In this document: positions 47,977-58,039 of the stretch, piece by piece | Layout: the number at the start of each line of letters is the position of its first letter | Numbering within the stretch: position 1 is the first letter of the stretch | NCBI GenBank assembly: GCA_963705305.1 | Contig: OY970067.1 | Span: 832,001 to 896,000 of the forward strand | Origin: an uncultured Methylomirabilota bacterium | GTDB taxonomy: Bacteria > Methylomirabilota > Methylomirabilia > Methylomirabilales > 2-02-FULL-66-22 | DNA: 64,000 nucleotides | Direction: 5' to 3' | The notes under the pieces: model-generated | The model's input: only the letters and a program-made list of their open reading frames with translations | What the model was told of the DNA's origin: nothing | Database searches by the model: none | Translations under genes and position numbers: made by a program

Positions 47977-48281
47977 CCCCTGCCGCTCCTTTCCAGGTCG
48001 CCGCGGGCGCGCATCCCTTCCAGGTTGTGGATGTGGACCAGCGCCCCCTGCGGGATGTGGACCCCTGCCCTGCCGATGGGCTCCCCGTACTTCCGGATGA
48101 CCGCGCCCCGGGCGATCTCCTCCAATGCGATCTTGAATCCGAACGGGATCAGCTCGCAGGCCTGGACCGTGAGTGAGCCCGGTCCTGCCGGCACCGCAAC
48201 CTCGTCTCCCGCCCGGATCTCCTCCATAGCCGTGGCCACGTTGTCGGAAGGATGCATGATCAGCGCGCGTTTCGCCGCCAT
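47973..48281 (-). CDS. SAF-domain small subunit (UxaA/SuyA-like)
   Basis: HPSDNVATA, IPFGFKIAL, KYGEPIG, VHIHNL. Confidence 0.9.
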   Translation of the reverse strand: MAAKRALIMHPSDNVATAMEEIRAGDEVAVPAGPGSLTVQACELIPFGFKIALEEIARGAVIRKYGEPIGRAGVHIPQGALVHIHNLEGMRARGDLERSGRG

Positions 48282-48529
48282 GGCTCCCCGTCCTCCTTCA
48301 CGAAGGCTGTCACAACAATCCGTCCGCCGCCAACCCGCAGAGAGTCTATCCGTCGCGGCGGCCCTCTCCTCCACCCCGAGCGCCGGGTCGCCGGCGAGAA
48401 TGGGCATGCCCTCTGACACGGCCGAGGCCGCGGCGTCCGCACACCGCTCCAGCATGCCTCGTGGCGCGGAGGCTTGTCAACGAGAAGGCCGGGAAGGTGT
48501 GGAAAAGAGGTCGAAATCGAGCCAACCGC

Positions 48530-49174
48530 TCACTTGGCGCGGTAGCCGACCAGGCCCGCCTCCAGGGCGCGCCGGTCCACCCGGCTGAGGCTCTTTTCCA
48601 TGGCGGCGGTCAAGATGCGCGTGTGCGGGATATCCACCAGATAATCCGGGATGAACCAGAGATCGTCCTCGCTGGTCATCCAGCCCGGATGTATCCCGTC
48701 GAAGCGGCCGAGATTGACCGGGCGGGAATAGGCGCGCAGGGTCCGGTCGCCCCGCAGGTTGATGTAGTCCTCGAAGTAGCTCATCGCCAGCTCGCGCAGG
48801 CTCCGGTAGACCGGGGCGCGGAAACGCAGGCCCGAGAAGTTCGACTTGGCAATGGCGCCCCAGTGGCCGTTCCGGCGGTAGACGGCGATGACGTGATCCG
48901 TGTCCTGCACCGCCTCCAGATCCAGCAAGAGCGGCGGGTAGCCCAGGGCGCGCAGCGCGGCGGCGGCAAAGATGGCCCCCTCCAGGCAGTGGGCCGTCCC
49001 CGCGCGAAGCACCCGCCGCGGCGACCATGCCGTCTTGGCCAGGTGGTAGGGCATGGCGTCCAGCATCCGCTGGATCCCCACCGGCGAGCGCAGGGCCTGC
49101 AGCCGCCGGAGCTCCCGCCGGGTAAACCCACCCGCTTGCACCAGCCTGGGGGACGTTGCGACTTTATTGACCAT
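48530..49174 (-). CDS. Hypothetical protein with transglutaminase/papain-like Cys-His motifs
   Basis: AHCLEGA, DTDHVIA, WGAIAKSN. Confidence 0.7.
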   Translation of the reverse strand: MVNKVATSPRLVQAGGFTRRELRRLQALRSPVGIQRMLDAMPYHLAKTAWSPRRVLRAGTAHCLEGAIFAAAALRALGYPPLLLDLEAVQDTDHVIAVYRRNGHWGAIAKSNFSGLRFRAPVYRSLRELAMSYFEDYINLRGDRTLRAYSRPVNLGRFDGIHPGWMTSEDDLWFIPDYLVDIPHTRILTAAMEKSLSRVDRRALEAGLVGYRAK

Positions 49175-50144
49175 ATTCCTTCCCAGGTCCGCACCCCTCA
49201 CGATCATTTACTCCCCCTGGGGGGATCGAGGCCGGGGCTGTCTTGGACGGCAGCAGCACGGTGGAAAGAGAGGCCACCACCAGGAGCAGCGCCACGAAGT
49301 CGGACCAGTGGGGCGTCTCGCCCAGGAGCAGCATGCCGCTGAACACCCCCACCACGGGGACCATCATGACCGCGAGGCTGGAGACGCCCACGGGGGCCAC
49401 CAGAGCGATCTTCATCCAGGCCCAATAACAGAAGATGAAGGCCACGAAGACGTTGTAGAGGATGCCCAGCAGCGGCCAGACCGACAGCGCAAAGGGGCTG
49501 AAGCTGCCCGGCTCCAGAAAGAGGGCGGCGGCGAGGATGGGGACGACGGCGACGGCCATCTGCCAGGCCGTGAAGGAGGTCACCGGCAGATGGACGGGCC
49601 AGCGCTTCATGATGACGGTCCCCAGGGCCCAGGAGACTGCACCCCCGATGACGAAGAGCGCCCCCAGCGGCGCCTCGCCGAAGGCGGCGAGCTCGTTCGC
49701 CAGGAGGAGCAGCATGCCCGAGAAGCCGAGGACGACCCCGACCACTCGCCGCCGGGTGAAGGGCTCGCCGAGAAGCCAGGCGGAGAGCATGACGCCCCAC
49801 ACCGGCATGGTGTAGCCCAAGATCGCGGCCCGTCCGGACGCCATCAGGCGGACGCCGTAGATCACTAGCACGTTCCAGCCCATCATGTTGACCAGCCCGA
49901 TGAGGATCATCCGCGGCCACTGGCCCTCCGGCACCTGGAGGCGGTGGCCGTCGATCCGGGCGATGGCGAACAGGCCCAGGGCGCCGAAGAGGAGGCACGC
50001 CGTCCGGAAGTGCATGGGCCCCATCTCCGACAGGACCACCTTCATCACCGGCCAGTTGAACCCCCAGCCGAGAGTCAGACCCACCAGCAAGCCGAGAAGG
50101 TGGCCGGGAAACGTGTGGGCGGAGGCCTGATCGTTCTTTTCCAA
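49164..50144 (-). CDS. DMT/EamA family transporter
   Basis: WGFNWPVMK, about 10 hydrophobic helices, LLGEP/LLGET. Confidence 0.88.
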   Translation of the reverse strand: MEKNDQASAHTFPGHLLGLLVGLTLGWGFNWPVMKVVLSEMGPMHFRTACLLFGALGLFAIARIDGHRLQVPEGQWPRMILIGLVNMMGWNVLVIYGVRLMASGRAAILGYTMPVWGVMLSAWLLGEPFTRRRVVGVVLGFSGMLLLLANELAAFGEAPLGALFVIGGAVSWALGTVIMKRWPVHLPVTSFTAWQMAVAVVPILAAALFLEPGSFSPFALSVWPLLGILYNVFVAFIFCYWAWMKIALVAPVGVSSLAVMMVPVVGVFSGMLLLGETPHWSDFVALLLVVASLSTVLLPSKTAPASIPPGGVNDREGCGPGKEYGQ

Positions 50145-50361
50145 GGAATCTCTCCAAAGCTCCTGGTCGTCCGGCGGCTGCCCGCCAGCCGCCGTCCGGG
50201 CGGCAGCATGCGCGGGGATCTCCCAATTGTCAAGCCAGAAGCGCGCCGGCGGCGGGTTGACCGCCGGCCCGCGGCAGGGAACGCCCCGCCACGCCCGGCA
50301 GCGCTCCCCCGACTTGTGGGGGACGGCCTGCCCCGCGAAGGGGCGTCCTCCCCCCTGCCCC

Positions 50362-50390
50362 TTGACACCATGCGGCCCATGGGATATAGA
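50362..50390 (+). promoter_or_regulatory. Putative sigma70 promoter of ABC operon
   Basis: TTGACA-17 bp-TATAGA. Confidence 0.5.
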
Positions 50391-50435
50391 GCTAGCCCGG
50401 GCCGGCGGGCCGCCGTCCGGGCATAAGGATTGCTC

Positions 50436-51275
50436 ATGAGTTTCCGCTCCGCCCCCACCATCAATGCAGGCGCCCCCGCGGCATCGAAGCGCCTGCGCCG
50501 GCTCCTTCGCAGCCAACGCGTCCTGGTGAGCTTTGTCCTGTTGTTCTTTCTGTGGGAGGGTGCGGTCCGACTGTTCCGCGTCCCCTCCTATTTGCTGCCC
50601 CCTCCGTCCGTCATCGCGCTGGATCTCCTGGCCCGCTGGAGCCGCGTGATGCAAAACACGCTCATTACGACGCAGGAGATCGTGGCGGGATATCTCGCGG
50701 CGGTGCTGATCAGCATCCCGCTCGCGCTGCTGATCGCCCATTCCCGCTTCATGGAAGAAACGGTCTATCCCATCATCGTCTTTTTCCAGATCGTGCCGAA
50801 GATTGCCATTGCGCCCCTGTTCATCATCTGGTTTGGATTCGGCTTCACTCCCAAGCTGCTGCTGGTATTCCTCCTGTCGTTCTTCCCGATCGTGGTCAGT
50901 AGCATTGCCGGTTTCAAGTCGGTGGACGCGGAAATATTAGACCTGGCTCGCTCCACGGGGGCGAGCCCGTGGATGATGTTCCGCAAGATCCGGCTGCCGT
51001 ACGCGCTGCCAAGCATCTTCACAGGGCTCAAGGTTGCCGCCGCGCTCTCGCCGACGGCGGCCGTGGTGGCCGAGTTCGTGGCGTCGGACAAGGGGCTAGG
51101 CTACCTGCTGCTGGAATTCAATGGAAACCTCAATACCTCCATGGTGTTTGCCACAATCGTCGTGCTGAGCATCGTGGGCCTGCTTGTCTACTACGCGGTG
51201 GAACTGATCGAGCGGATCCTCATCCCCTGGCATGTCACGACGCAAAAGGAGACTCGGAACGCGGACTATCTGTGA
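50436..51275 (+). CDS. ABC permease (nitrate/sulfonate/pyrimidine family)
   Basis: LLPPPS, VPKIAIAPLFIIWFG, VVAEFV..KGLG. Confidence 0.92.
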   Translation: MSFRSAPTINAGAPAASKRLRRLLRSQRVLVSFVLLFFLWEGAVRLFRVPSYLLPPPSVIALDLLARWSRVMQNTLITTQEIVAGYLAAVLISIPLALLIAHSRFMEETVYPIIVFFQIVPKIAIAPLFIIWFGFGFTPKLLLVFLLSFFPIVVSSIAGFKSVDAEILDLARSTGASPWMMFRKIRLPYALPSIFTGLKVAAALSPTAAVVAEFVASDKGLGYLLLEFNGNLNTSMVFATIVVLSIVGLLVYYAVELIERILIPWHVTTQKETRNADYL

Positions 51276-51453
51276 GCCGCCAGCCGGAGTGCGAGGGTAT
51301 TGCCGGCCCCTCCCGCGGGCGGCCCCTGCGCGGTGAGGCCGCCCCCTTGCGGACACGCACGGCAGCGGGTACATCGCGTCCGGCGCCGCCGCGCCTGCCG
51401 GCGGACGGCGGGGAAACCGGCTGTTCTGGCGCCACGAGAGAGGAGGAGCACCG

Positions 51454-52437
51454 ATGCGACGCCTCGTCCTGTTCGCAACAAGCGCACTGACCTTGGCTGC
51501 GCTCCTGGGAGCCGGCGGCCCCGCCGCCGCGGCCGATGCGGTCTCGCTGCGGCTGAACTGGTATCTGGGCGGCCTGCACGCGCCGTTCTACCTCGGCGTG
51601 GAGCGCGGGTACTACCGGGACGAGGGCATCGACCTCTCCATCAATGAGGGGCGGGGATCCCCGGCCTCGGTCCAGATCGTCGGCGCCAAGGGGGACACGT
51701 TCGGCATGTCCGATGCCGGCAGCCTGATGCTGGGGGTGACCAAGGGCGTGCCGATTCGATCGGTGTTCTCGCTGCTCAGCAGCTCGGACTTTGCCATCAT
51801 CTCCCTGGAGGAGCGGGGGATCAGGTCCGTCAAGGACCTGGAGGGAAAGAGCATCGCCGGCTCGGCCGGGGACGGGCCCACGCAGCTCTTTCCGGCCGTC
51901 TGCGAGACCAACGGGGCGAACAAGGACAAGATCAAAGTGGTGTTCATGGATCCGCCCGCCAAGCCGGCGGCCGTAATGGAAAAGAAGGTCGACGCGCTGC
52001 TGGGGGGCGCCAGCGACCAATATTGGCTCATCAAGTACAAGGGGTTCAGGCCGACGGCATTGAAGTATGCGGACCTCGGCGTGGACACGATCGGCATGAC
52101 CATCGCTGCCCACCTGGACACCCTCCGGGAGAAGCCCGACATGGTGCGGCGATTCGTCAAGGCGACGATTCGCTCCTGGGAGGCCGCGCAGAAAGAGCCG
52201 GCGGCGGCCGTGAAGGCGGCGCTCAAGGTCAAGCCGGATCTGAACGCCGCCTCCACCGAGGACCAGCTGCAGACGAACCTGCGCGAGCTGTTCTCAAAGA
52301 ACTCGCAGGGCAAGGCCATCGGCTATTCCGCACCGCTGGACTGGGAAAACACCATGGAGCTGCTCAAGAAGTACCGCGGGCTGCAGACGGACAAGCCGGC
52401 GACTTTCTTCTACACGAACGACTTCATGCCCAGATGA
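51454..52437 (+). CDS. ABC substrate-binding protein (NMT1/THI5-like)
   Basis: Signal peptide; LRLNW..GLHAPFY..ERGYY; DLEGK. Confidence 0.9.
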   Translation: MRRLVLFATSALTLAALLGAGGPAAAADAVSLRLNWYLGGLHAPFYLGVERGYYRDEGIDLSINEGRGSPASVQIVGAKGDTFGMSDAGSLMLGVTKGVPIRSVFSLLSSSDFAIISLEERGIRSVKDLEGKSIAGSAGDGPTQLFPAVCETNGANKDKIKVVFMDPPAKPAAVMEKKVDALLGGASDQYWLIKYKGFRPTALKYADLGVDTIGMTIAAHLDTLREKPDMVRRFVKATIRSWEAAQKEPAAAVKAALKVKPDLNAASTEDQLQTNLRELFSKNSQGKAIGYSAPLDWENTMELLKKYRGLQTDKPATFFYTNDFMPR

Positions 52438-52520
52438 TGAGGCCAGGCTCGCCGGATCGTTCAGGGCCGTTAGCTCCGAGGGAGCGCCGCGCGCCCCTCC
52501 GTTCCGCGCAGAGGTGACGC

Positions 52521-53372
52521 ATGACCCTCGGCACATCGGCCCAGGCCGGCCCACGATCGGGCTCCCCGCTGACCAGTATCCAGGTGAGCGGGACGCGGAT
52601 GGTGTTCCGAAAGGGCAGCGCGGAGATCCATGCGCTCGGCGAGATCGATCTCTCCTTCGGTGCTGGAGAGTTCGTCGCCATCGTGGGTCCATCGGGCTGC
52701 GGCAAGAGCACACTCATGCGCATCATCGCCGGGCTGCTGCCGGCCACGGCCGGTCAGGTCGTCTTCGGCGGCCGGCCGGTGACCGGGCCGGTGACGCAGT
52801 TGGGGATCGTCTTCCAGAATCCCGTGCTGCTCAATTGGCGGACGGTCTTGGACAACGTCATGCTCCAGATCGAGATGCGCGGCCTCGACCCACGACGCTA
52901 CCGGGATCAGGCCCGCGCCCTCTTGGAGCTGGTGGGTCTGGGGGATTTCCTGTTCAGCTACCCCCGCGAGCTTTCGGGCGGGATGATGCAGCGCACAGCC
53001 ATCATTCGGGCTCTGATCCATGACCCCCCCGTGCTGTTCATGGACGAGCCCTTCGGCGCCCTGGACGCTCTCACGCGGGAGCAGATGAGAACAGACCTCG
53101 AATCCCTGCTGGCGGATCGCCCCAAGACCGTGCTCTTCATCACCCACAGCATCGACGAAGCGGTGCTGTTGGCCGATCGCGTGGTGGTGATGTCGCCGCG
53201 CCCGGGGCGCATCGAGCGGATCCTGCCCATCGACCTGCCCCGCCCCCGCGGCCTGGAGGGGCGCCTGCTGCCCGGGTTCGCCGCCGCGCACGAGACCATC
53301 ACCGAGATCTTCCTGGCGAGGGGCGTGCTGCGCCGGAAAACATTCTCGCTCTCGCCCTCAGGGGAGGAGTAA
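52521..53372 (+). CDS. ABC ATPase (SsuB/TauB-like)
   Basis: GPSGCGKST, LSGGMMQR, MDEPFGALD, ITHSIDEA. Confidence 0.93.
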   Translation: MTLGTSAQAGPRSGSPLTSIQVSGTRMVFRKGSAEIHALGEIDLSFGAGEFVAIVGPSGCGKSTLMRIIAGLLPATAGQVVFGGRPVTGPVTQLGIVFQNPVLLNWRTVLDNVMLQIEMRGLDPRRYRDQARALLELVGLGDFLFSYPRELSGGMMQRTAIIRALIHDPPVLFMDEPFGALDALTREQMRTDLESLLADRPKTVLFITHSIDEAVLLADRVVVMSPRPGRIERILPIDLPRPRGLEGRLLPGFAAAHETITEIFLARGVLRRKTFSLSPSGEE

Positions 53373-53376
53373 CGTC

Positions 53377-54324
53377 ATGAAGAACTTCGCGCTGAAGGGT
53401 ATTGTTGCCGCCCCGGCTCTGCCCATGCGTCCGGATGCCTCCATCGACTGGGAGTCGTTGCGCTCCTACCTCGGCTGGATCGCCAAGCAGAAGCCCACGG
53501 CCATCGCCATGAATATGGACGCCAGCGAGGGGCCGTCCCTCACCCGGGATGAGATGCTCGAAGTCATCGGGGTGTCACGCGAGGTGATCAACGGCGCCTG
53601 TCCCCTCGTCTCCGGGTTGATCGTCGGCTCGACCGCCGACGCCGTGGCGTTCGGCAAGGAGCTCAAGGGAGCCGGCGCCCAGGGGCTGGCCATTTTCCCG
53701 CCCTTCCCGACCTTCCTCGGCAACCCCGTGCCCAGCCGGATGATCTACGACTACCACAAGGCCATTGCCGACGGCGTGGACCTGCCGCTCATCGCCTTTC
53801 AGTTCCCGAAGGCGTGGGGCCCGGACTTCCCCCCGGAGACGCTGCGCGAGCTCGTGAAGATCCCTCAGCTGATCGGGCTGAAGGAAGCCTCCTTCGATAC
53901 CACCAAGACGCTGGAGACCATCGACGCGGCCCGGGCGCTCCCCCGCAAGATCGGGATCATGACCGGCAGCGATACCTTCATTCTCGAGGCGATGATTTTC
54001 GGGTGCGACGGGGCCCTGATCGGCTTCGCCGGGACGGCCACCGACCGGCTCATCCGCATGTACGAGGCCGTCTTGACAAAGGATTTTGATGCCGCCTTCG
54101 AGATCTGGAGGCGTCTGGGCCCGCTTGCACGCTACTGCTGGCGAGCCCCCATCCGCGACTACCGGCCACGGATGAAAGAGGTTCTGGTGATGCAGGGGCT
54201 GATCGCCCACGCCACCGTCCGGCCCCCGCAGCTCCCGGTGGACGATGCCGAGCGCGCCGAGCTGCGCCGCCTGGCAGAACATGCAGGGCTGATCAGCCGG
54301 AGGAGGGCGCGCAGGGCCTCGTAG
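53377..54324 (+). CDS. Dihydrodipicolinate synthase/N-acetylneuraminate lyase family aldolase
   Basis: LKGIVAA, IGLKEAS Schiff-base Lys, TGSD, GCDGALIG. Confidence 0.85.
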   Translation: MKNFALKGIVAAPALPMRPDASIDWESLRSYLGWIAKQKPTAIAMNMDASEGPSLTRDEMLEVIGVSREVINGACPLVSGLIVGSTADAVAFGKELKGAGAQGLAIFPPFPTFLGNPVPSRMIYDYHKAIADGVDLPLIAFQFPKAWGPDFPPETLRELVKIPQLIGLKEASFDTTKTLETIDAARALPRKIGIMTGSDTFILEAMIFGCDGALIGFAGTATDRLIRMYEAVLTKDFDAAFEIWRRLGPLARYCWRAPIRDYRPRMKEVLVMQGLIAHATVRPPQLPVDDAERAELRRLAEHAGLISRRRARRAS

Positions 54325-54352
54325 CAGCACACCTTCACCGGGGGTCTTTTCG

Positions 54353-55820
54353 ATGTCGAAGCGCGTGTCGTTCCCCGCCATCGGGTCCCTGAAGGACGTG
54401 GCCGCCTTCAAGGCCCACCTCGCCACCCTCCCGATCCATCTCGACTGCGACGATGAGCTTGCGCCTCGCCAGCGGAGCGTCCTGGCGCAGCCGATCAGGG
54501 CGGAGGGGACGTCAAATCGGCAATCGATTCTGCATCCACGCCATGGGAGGAATGGACGGCACCCCCGATGGCCGGGTGACCGACCTCGTCACCCGGCGGT
54601 GGGTGAATTTCGGGCGCTCGGGCGCCAAGCTCATCTGGGGAGGCGAGGCGGCGGCGGTGAGGGCCGACGCCCGCGATAACCCTTACCAGCTCTACTACCA
54701 CCCGGACAACCGGGCGTCGCAAGAGAAGCTGCTCCGCGACACCCGGCAGGCCCATCGCGAGCGCTTCGGCACAACCGAGGATCTGCTGGTGGGGCTACAG
54801 ATCTCGCATTCCGGCCGGTACTGCCGGCCGGACCTGGATTTCCGGGCGAAGCCGCGGGTCACCTATCGCCATCCATTGTTGGACGCACGCTCCGGGGTCG
54901 AGGACGATCGTGCCGTGTTGTCGGACATGGAGCTGGACGATCTCGTCGGCGATTTCGTGGCCTATGCGAAGTTCGCGCACGAAGCCGGATTCGACTTCGT
55001 CGATGTCAAGCAATGCCACGGGTATCTGCTGCACGAGATGCTTTCGGCCCACACGCGACCGGGCCCGTACGGCGGGAGCTTCGAGAATCGCACCCGGCTG
55101 TTTCGGGAGATCGTGGCCGCCATCAGGCGCGATGTCCCCGGCCTCATCCTGGGCACGCGCATCTCGATATTCGACACGGTTCCCTTTCAGAAGCCCCCGG
55201 CGGATCCTGCCGGACCCGGCGAACCCGTGGATTACCAGCATCTCCTGCCCTACCGCTATGGCTTCGGGGTCGATCCGCTGCGCCCCACACAGCCCGACCT
55301 GGCCGAGCCGTTCGATCTCTTGAGGCTCTGTGGCCAGCTGGGCATCACGCTGGTCAATCTTTCCGCCGGATCCCCGTATTACAACCCTCACATCCAGCGT
55401 CCGGCCCGATTCCCCCCCTGTGACGGGTATCAGCCCCCTGAGGATCCGCTCATCGGATGTTCCAGGCAGATCGAGATCGTGGCCCGCTGCAAGCAGGAAT
55501 TCTCCCAGCTCGTCCTCGTGGGCAGCGGGTATTCCTACCTGCAGGAATACCTGAGCCACGTGGCCCAAGCCCAGGTGCGCTTGGGTCACGTGGACTTCGT
55601 GGGCATCGGTCGGCTTTCCCTGGCCTATCCGGAGTACCCCCATGATCTGCTTTGCGGGGGGGCGGTCCAGCGAAAGCGGCTCTGCCGGACGGACAGCGAT
55701 TGCACAACGTCGATGCGCAATCGTCTGGTGTCAGGTTGCTACCCCTTCGATCCGTTCTACAAGGGCCGACCCGAGGCGGAAAAACTGAAGCGGATCAAGA
55801 AAGGCTTACCCCCCGAATAG
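54353..55820 (+). pseudogene. Old Yellow Enzyme-family NADH:flavin oxidoreductase with an early frameshift (or sequencing error)
   Basis: N-terminus MSKRVSFPA...LAQPI is in one frame and IGNRFCIH...CHGYLLHE...YGGSFENRTR in another; junction at GGGG 54505-54508. Confidence 0.75.
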
Positions 55821-55865
55821 GGGAATGGGACGGGAGACGGCGTCGGCGGGCCAGGGAGAAATCCG

Positions 55866-55895
55866 TTGACTCCCCGCGAGGGGAAGCGGTAGCAT
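55866..55895 (+). promoter_or_regulatory. Putative sigma70 promoter
   Basis: TTGACT-18 bp-TAGCAT, 8 bp before GTG at 55904. Confidence 0.45.
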
Positions 55896-55903
55896 CAGGC
55901 CAC

Positions 55904-56209
55904 GTGGAGCTCTGGTCGCCCCCGACGCCCCTGGTGACGGAGGAAGCCTTGACGGGTTCCCTGGCGGCCCCGCGATCCGATGCCCGGCCCGGCCGACGCT
56001 TCCCGCTCCAGCTCCCCCTGTTCGATCTTCTGGTGGTCTGCTGTTCCTGCTTTCGTCTGAAGGTCGCCCGCGGCTGGACTAGGCATCCCGTGCATCCCGG
56101 GGATTACCCCGAAACGCCATTCTCCCACGGTATCTGCCCGACCTGCTTCAAGCGGCTCTACCCCGATCTCAACGTCCCCCCGTCTCTCCAGGGCCGCCAA
56201 AGCAATTGA
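55904..56209 (+). CDS. Small CxxC...SHGICxxC protein (start uncertain)
   Basis: VCCSCFRLK...FSHGICPTCFKRLYP. Confidence 0.6.
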   Translation: MELWSPPTPLVTEEALTGSLAAPRSDARPGRRFPLQLPLFDLLVVCCSCFRLKVARGWTRHPVHPGDYPETPFSHGICPTCFKRLYPDLNVPPSLQGRQSN

Positions 56210-56299
56210 CGCCCCCGCCATCAGGCAGCCGTTGATCGCCTCAGGTCCCCAGAGCCTCACGGATGGGACCGGGAACACTCCCGCCTGCATGGACGTCGC

Positions 56300-56328
56300 T
56301 TGACGTTTTTCTAGTGCAATGATACTTT
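56300..56328 (+). promoter_or_regulatory. Putative sigma70 promoter of MFS gene
   Basis: TTGACG-17 bp-TACTTT. Confidence 0.45.
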
Positions 56329-56548
56329 CCGCCCAAAAATCGAGACGGAATCGCGGCTTCGATCTGGATCATGCTTTCGGGGGGGCGCCTCTCCAGGAGA
56401 GCCCCTTGAAAAGCTGGCGGGCCATCTTGGCGATTCAAGGGGTCGAGGGGGCTTCGGAACGGACGGGGGTAGCCTCCGGCGCGGCCTCCCGCATGGGCCG
56501 GTGGGTCAAGTACCGATAGCACACCAGAGCAGGATCAGGAGGAGAGAG

Positions 56549-57847
56549 ATGGAGGCGAAGGGACCATCCACCAAGGGCGTAATCGCCATAATCATCGGGA
56601 ACATGCTCGAATGGTTTGACTTCGGCATCTTCGCGTTCATGACGCCGATAATCAGCAGCGTCTTTTTCCCGGTCAATCCCAGCATTCCCGGCAGCGAAAT
56701 CAACTCCATCCTCGCCACCACGGCCGTATTTGGCGCCGGGTTCCTCATGCGCCCCATCGGCGCCATCGTGCTCGGCGTCTACGGCGACAAGAAGGGGAGG
56801 AAGAGTGCCCTCCTGCTCGTGATGACACTCATGGGGGTGTCGGTTGCCCTGATGACGTTTGCTCCCACATACATGGCGGTAGGCGTCCTGGCCCCCCTGA
56901 TTCTTCTGGTTGCCCGGTTGTTGCAGGGCTTTTCTGTGGGCGGAGAATTCGGCCCGTCGACGGCGATGCTGGTCGAGGTTGCGCCCGGCAACCGCAAAGG
57001 GATCTACGGCTCGTGGCAAATGACCGGGCAGGTTGCCTCGTTCTTGTTGAGTGCCGCCCTGGGCGCGGTTTTGACGGCGATGTTCACAAAAGAGCAGTTG
57101 ATGGCGGGTGCCTGGCGCATTGCCTTTGGGTTTGGCCTGATCATCGTGCCCATTGCATTCTATATCCGGAGAAGCTTGGTCGAAACCGAAGAGTTCCAGC
57201 AGATTGTTCGGGCCAGGACGGCATCTGCGACCAAAGGCCTCGGCATCGCCAGCGATCTGCAACACGGTATTCCCCGTCTGCTGCTCGCCTGTGGTTTGGT
57301 GACGGCCAGCACCGTTTCTTTCTGGGTCGCCTTTGCCTACCTGCAGACGTTCGCCAGCAAGACACTCAATCTGCCGATTCACGATGCGTTCGTGGTTCAA
57401 ACGATCAGCGCGGTGATGATGCTGGGTCTTGTCCCGCTTTCAGGTTTTCTGTCCGACCGGTTCAACCGCAAGACCATCCTCCTGCTTTCGCTGCTGGGGT
57501 ACTTGATCACGATCTACCCGCTGTACGCATGGCTGACCGGCGCCCCGAGCATTGCAAAGCTCTGGGTAGTCGAGTTGACGGTGTGCTTCTTCATGGCGAT
57601 ATTCATCGGGACGTACTGCACCGTTTTCGCCTTGCTGTTCCCGACGCGAAGCCGATCCACCAGCCTGTCGATCGTGAACAACCTCACCGTGCTGATCACG
57701 GGGGGATTTGCCCAATTCATTGTGACATGGCTGATAAAGGTTACCGGATCCCCGATGGCGCCCGCCTACTACATGCTGGCCGGCGTAGCGCTGGGATTCA
57801 TTGCCGCTCTCTTCCTGCGCAGAGAAGAGATGGCCCCTGTCCTCTGA
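56549..57847 (+). CDS. MFS transporter, metabolite:H+ symporter (MHS) family
   Basis: GNMLEWFDF, FLMRPIGA..GDKKGRK, RLLQGFSVGGE, WRIAF. Confidence 0.93.
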   Translation: MEAKGPSTKGVIAIIIGNMLEWFDFGIFAFMTPIISSVFFPVNPSIPGSEINSILATTAVFGAGFLMRPIGAIVLGVYGDKKGRKSALLLVMTLMGVSVALMTFAPTYMAVGVLAPLILLVARLLQGFSVGGEFGPSTAMLVEVAPGNRKGIYGSWQMTGQVASFLLSAALGAVLTAMFTKEQLMAGAWRIAFGFGLIIVPIAFYIRRSLVETEEFQQIVRARTASATKGLGIASDLQHGIPRLLLACGLVTASTVSFWVAFAYLQTFASKTLNLPIHDAFVVQTISAVMMLGLVPLSGFLSDRFNRKTILLLSLLGYLITIYPLYAWLTGAPSIAKLWVVELTVCFFMAIFIGTYCTVFALLFPTRSRSTSLSIVNNLTVLITGGFAQFIVTWLIKVTGSPMAPAYYMLAGVALGFIAALFLRREEMAPVL

Positions 57848-58039
57848 ATAGACGCACGGGTCGACGGAGATGATCCGAGCCGCGGGTCGCTCCGTCAGTC
57901 TGATCTCCGACACCGGGTCCGGTTTATCCGCCGGCGTGGGCACGCTCGATCTTGCGTCAACGGGGAGTGATCCTCCTTGCCCGCGGGAAGGCTGCTCCGC
58001 TCTGGATGCGTAGGTCGGGCCCTGAAGAGGAAAGCGCTG

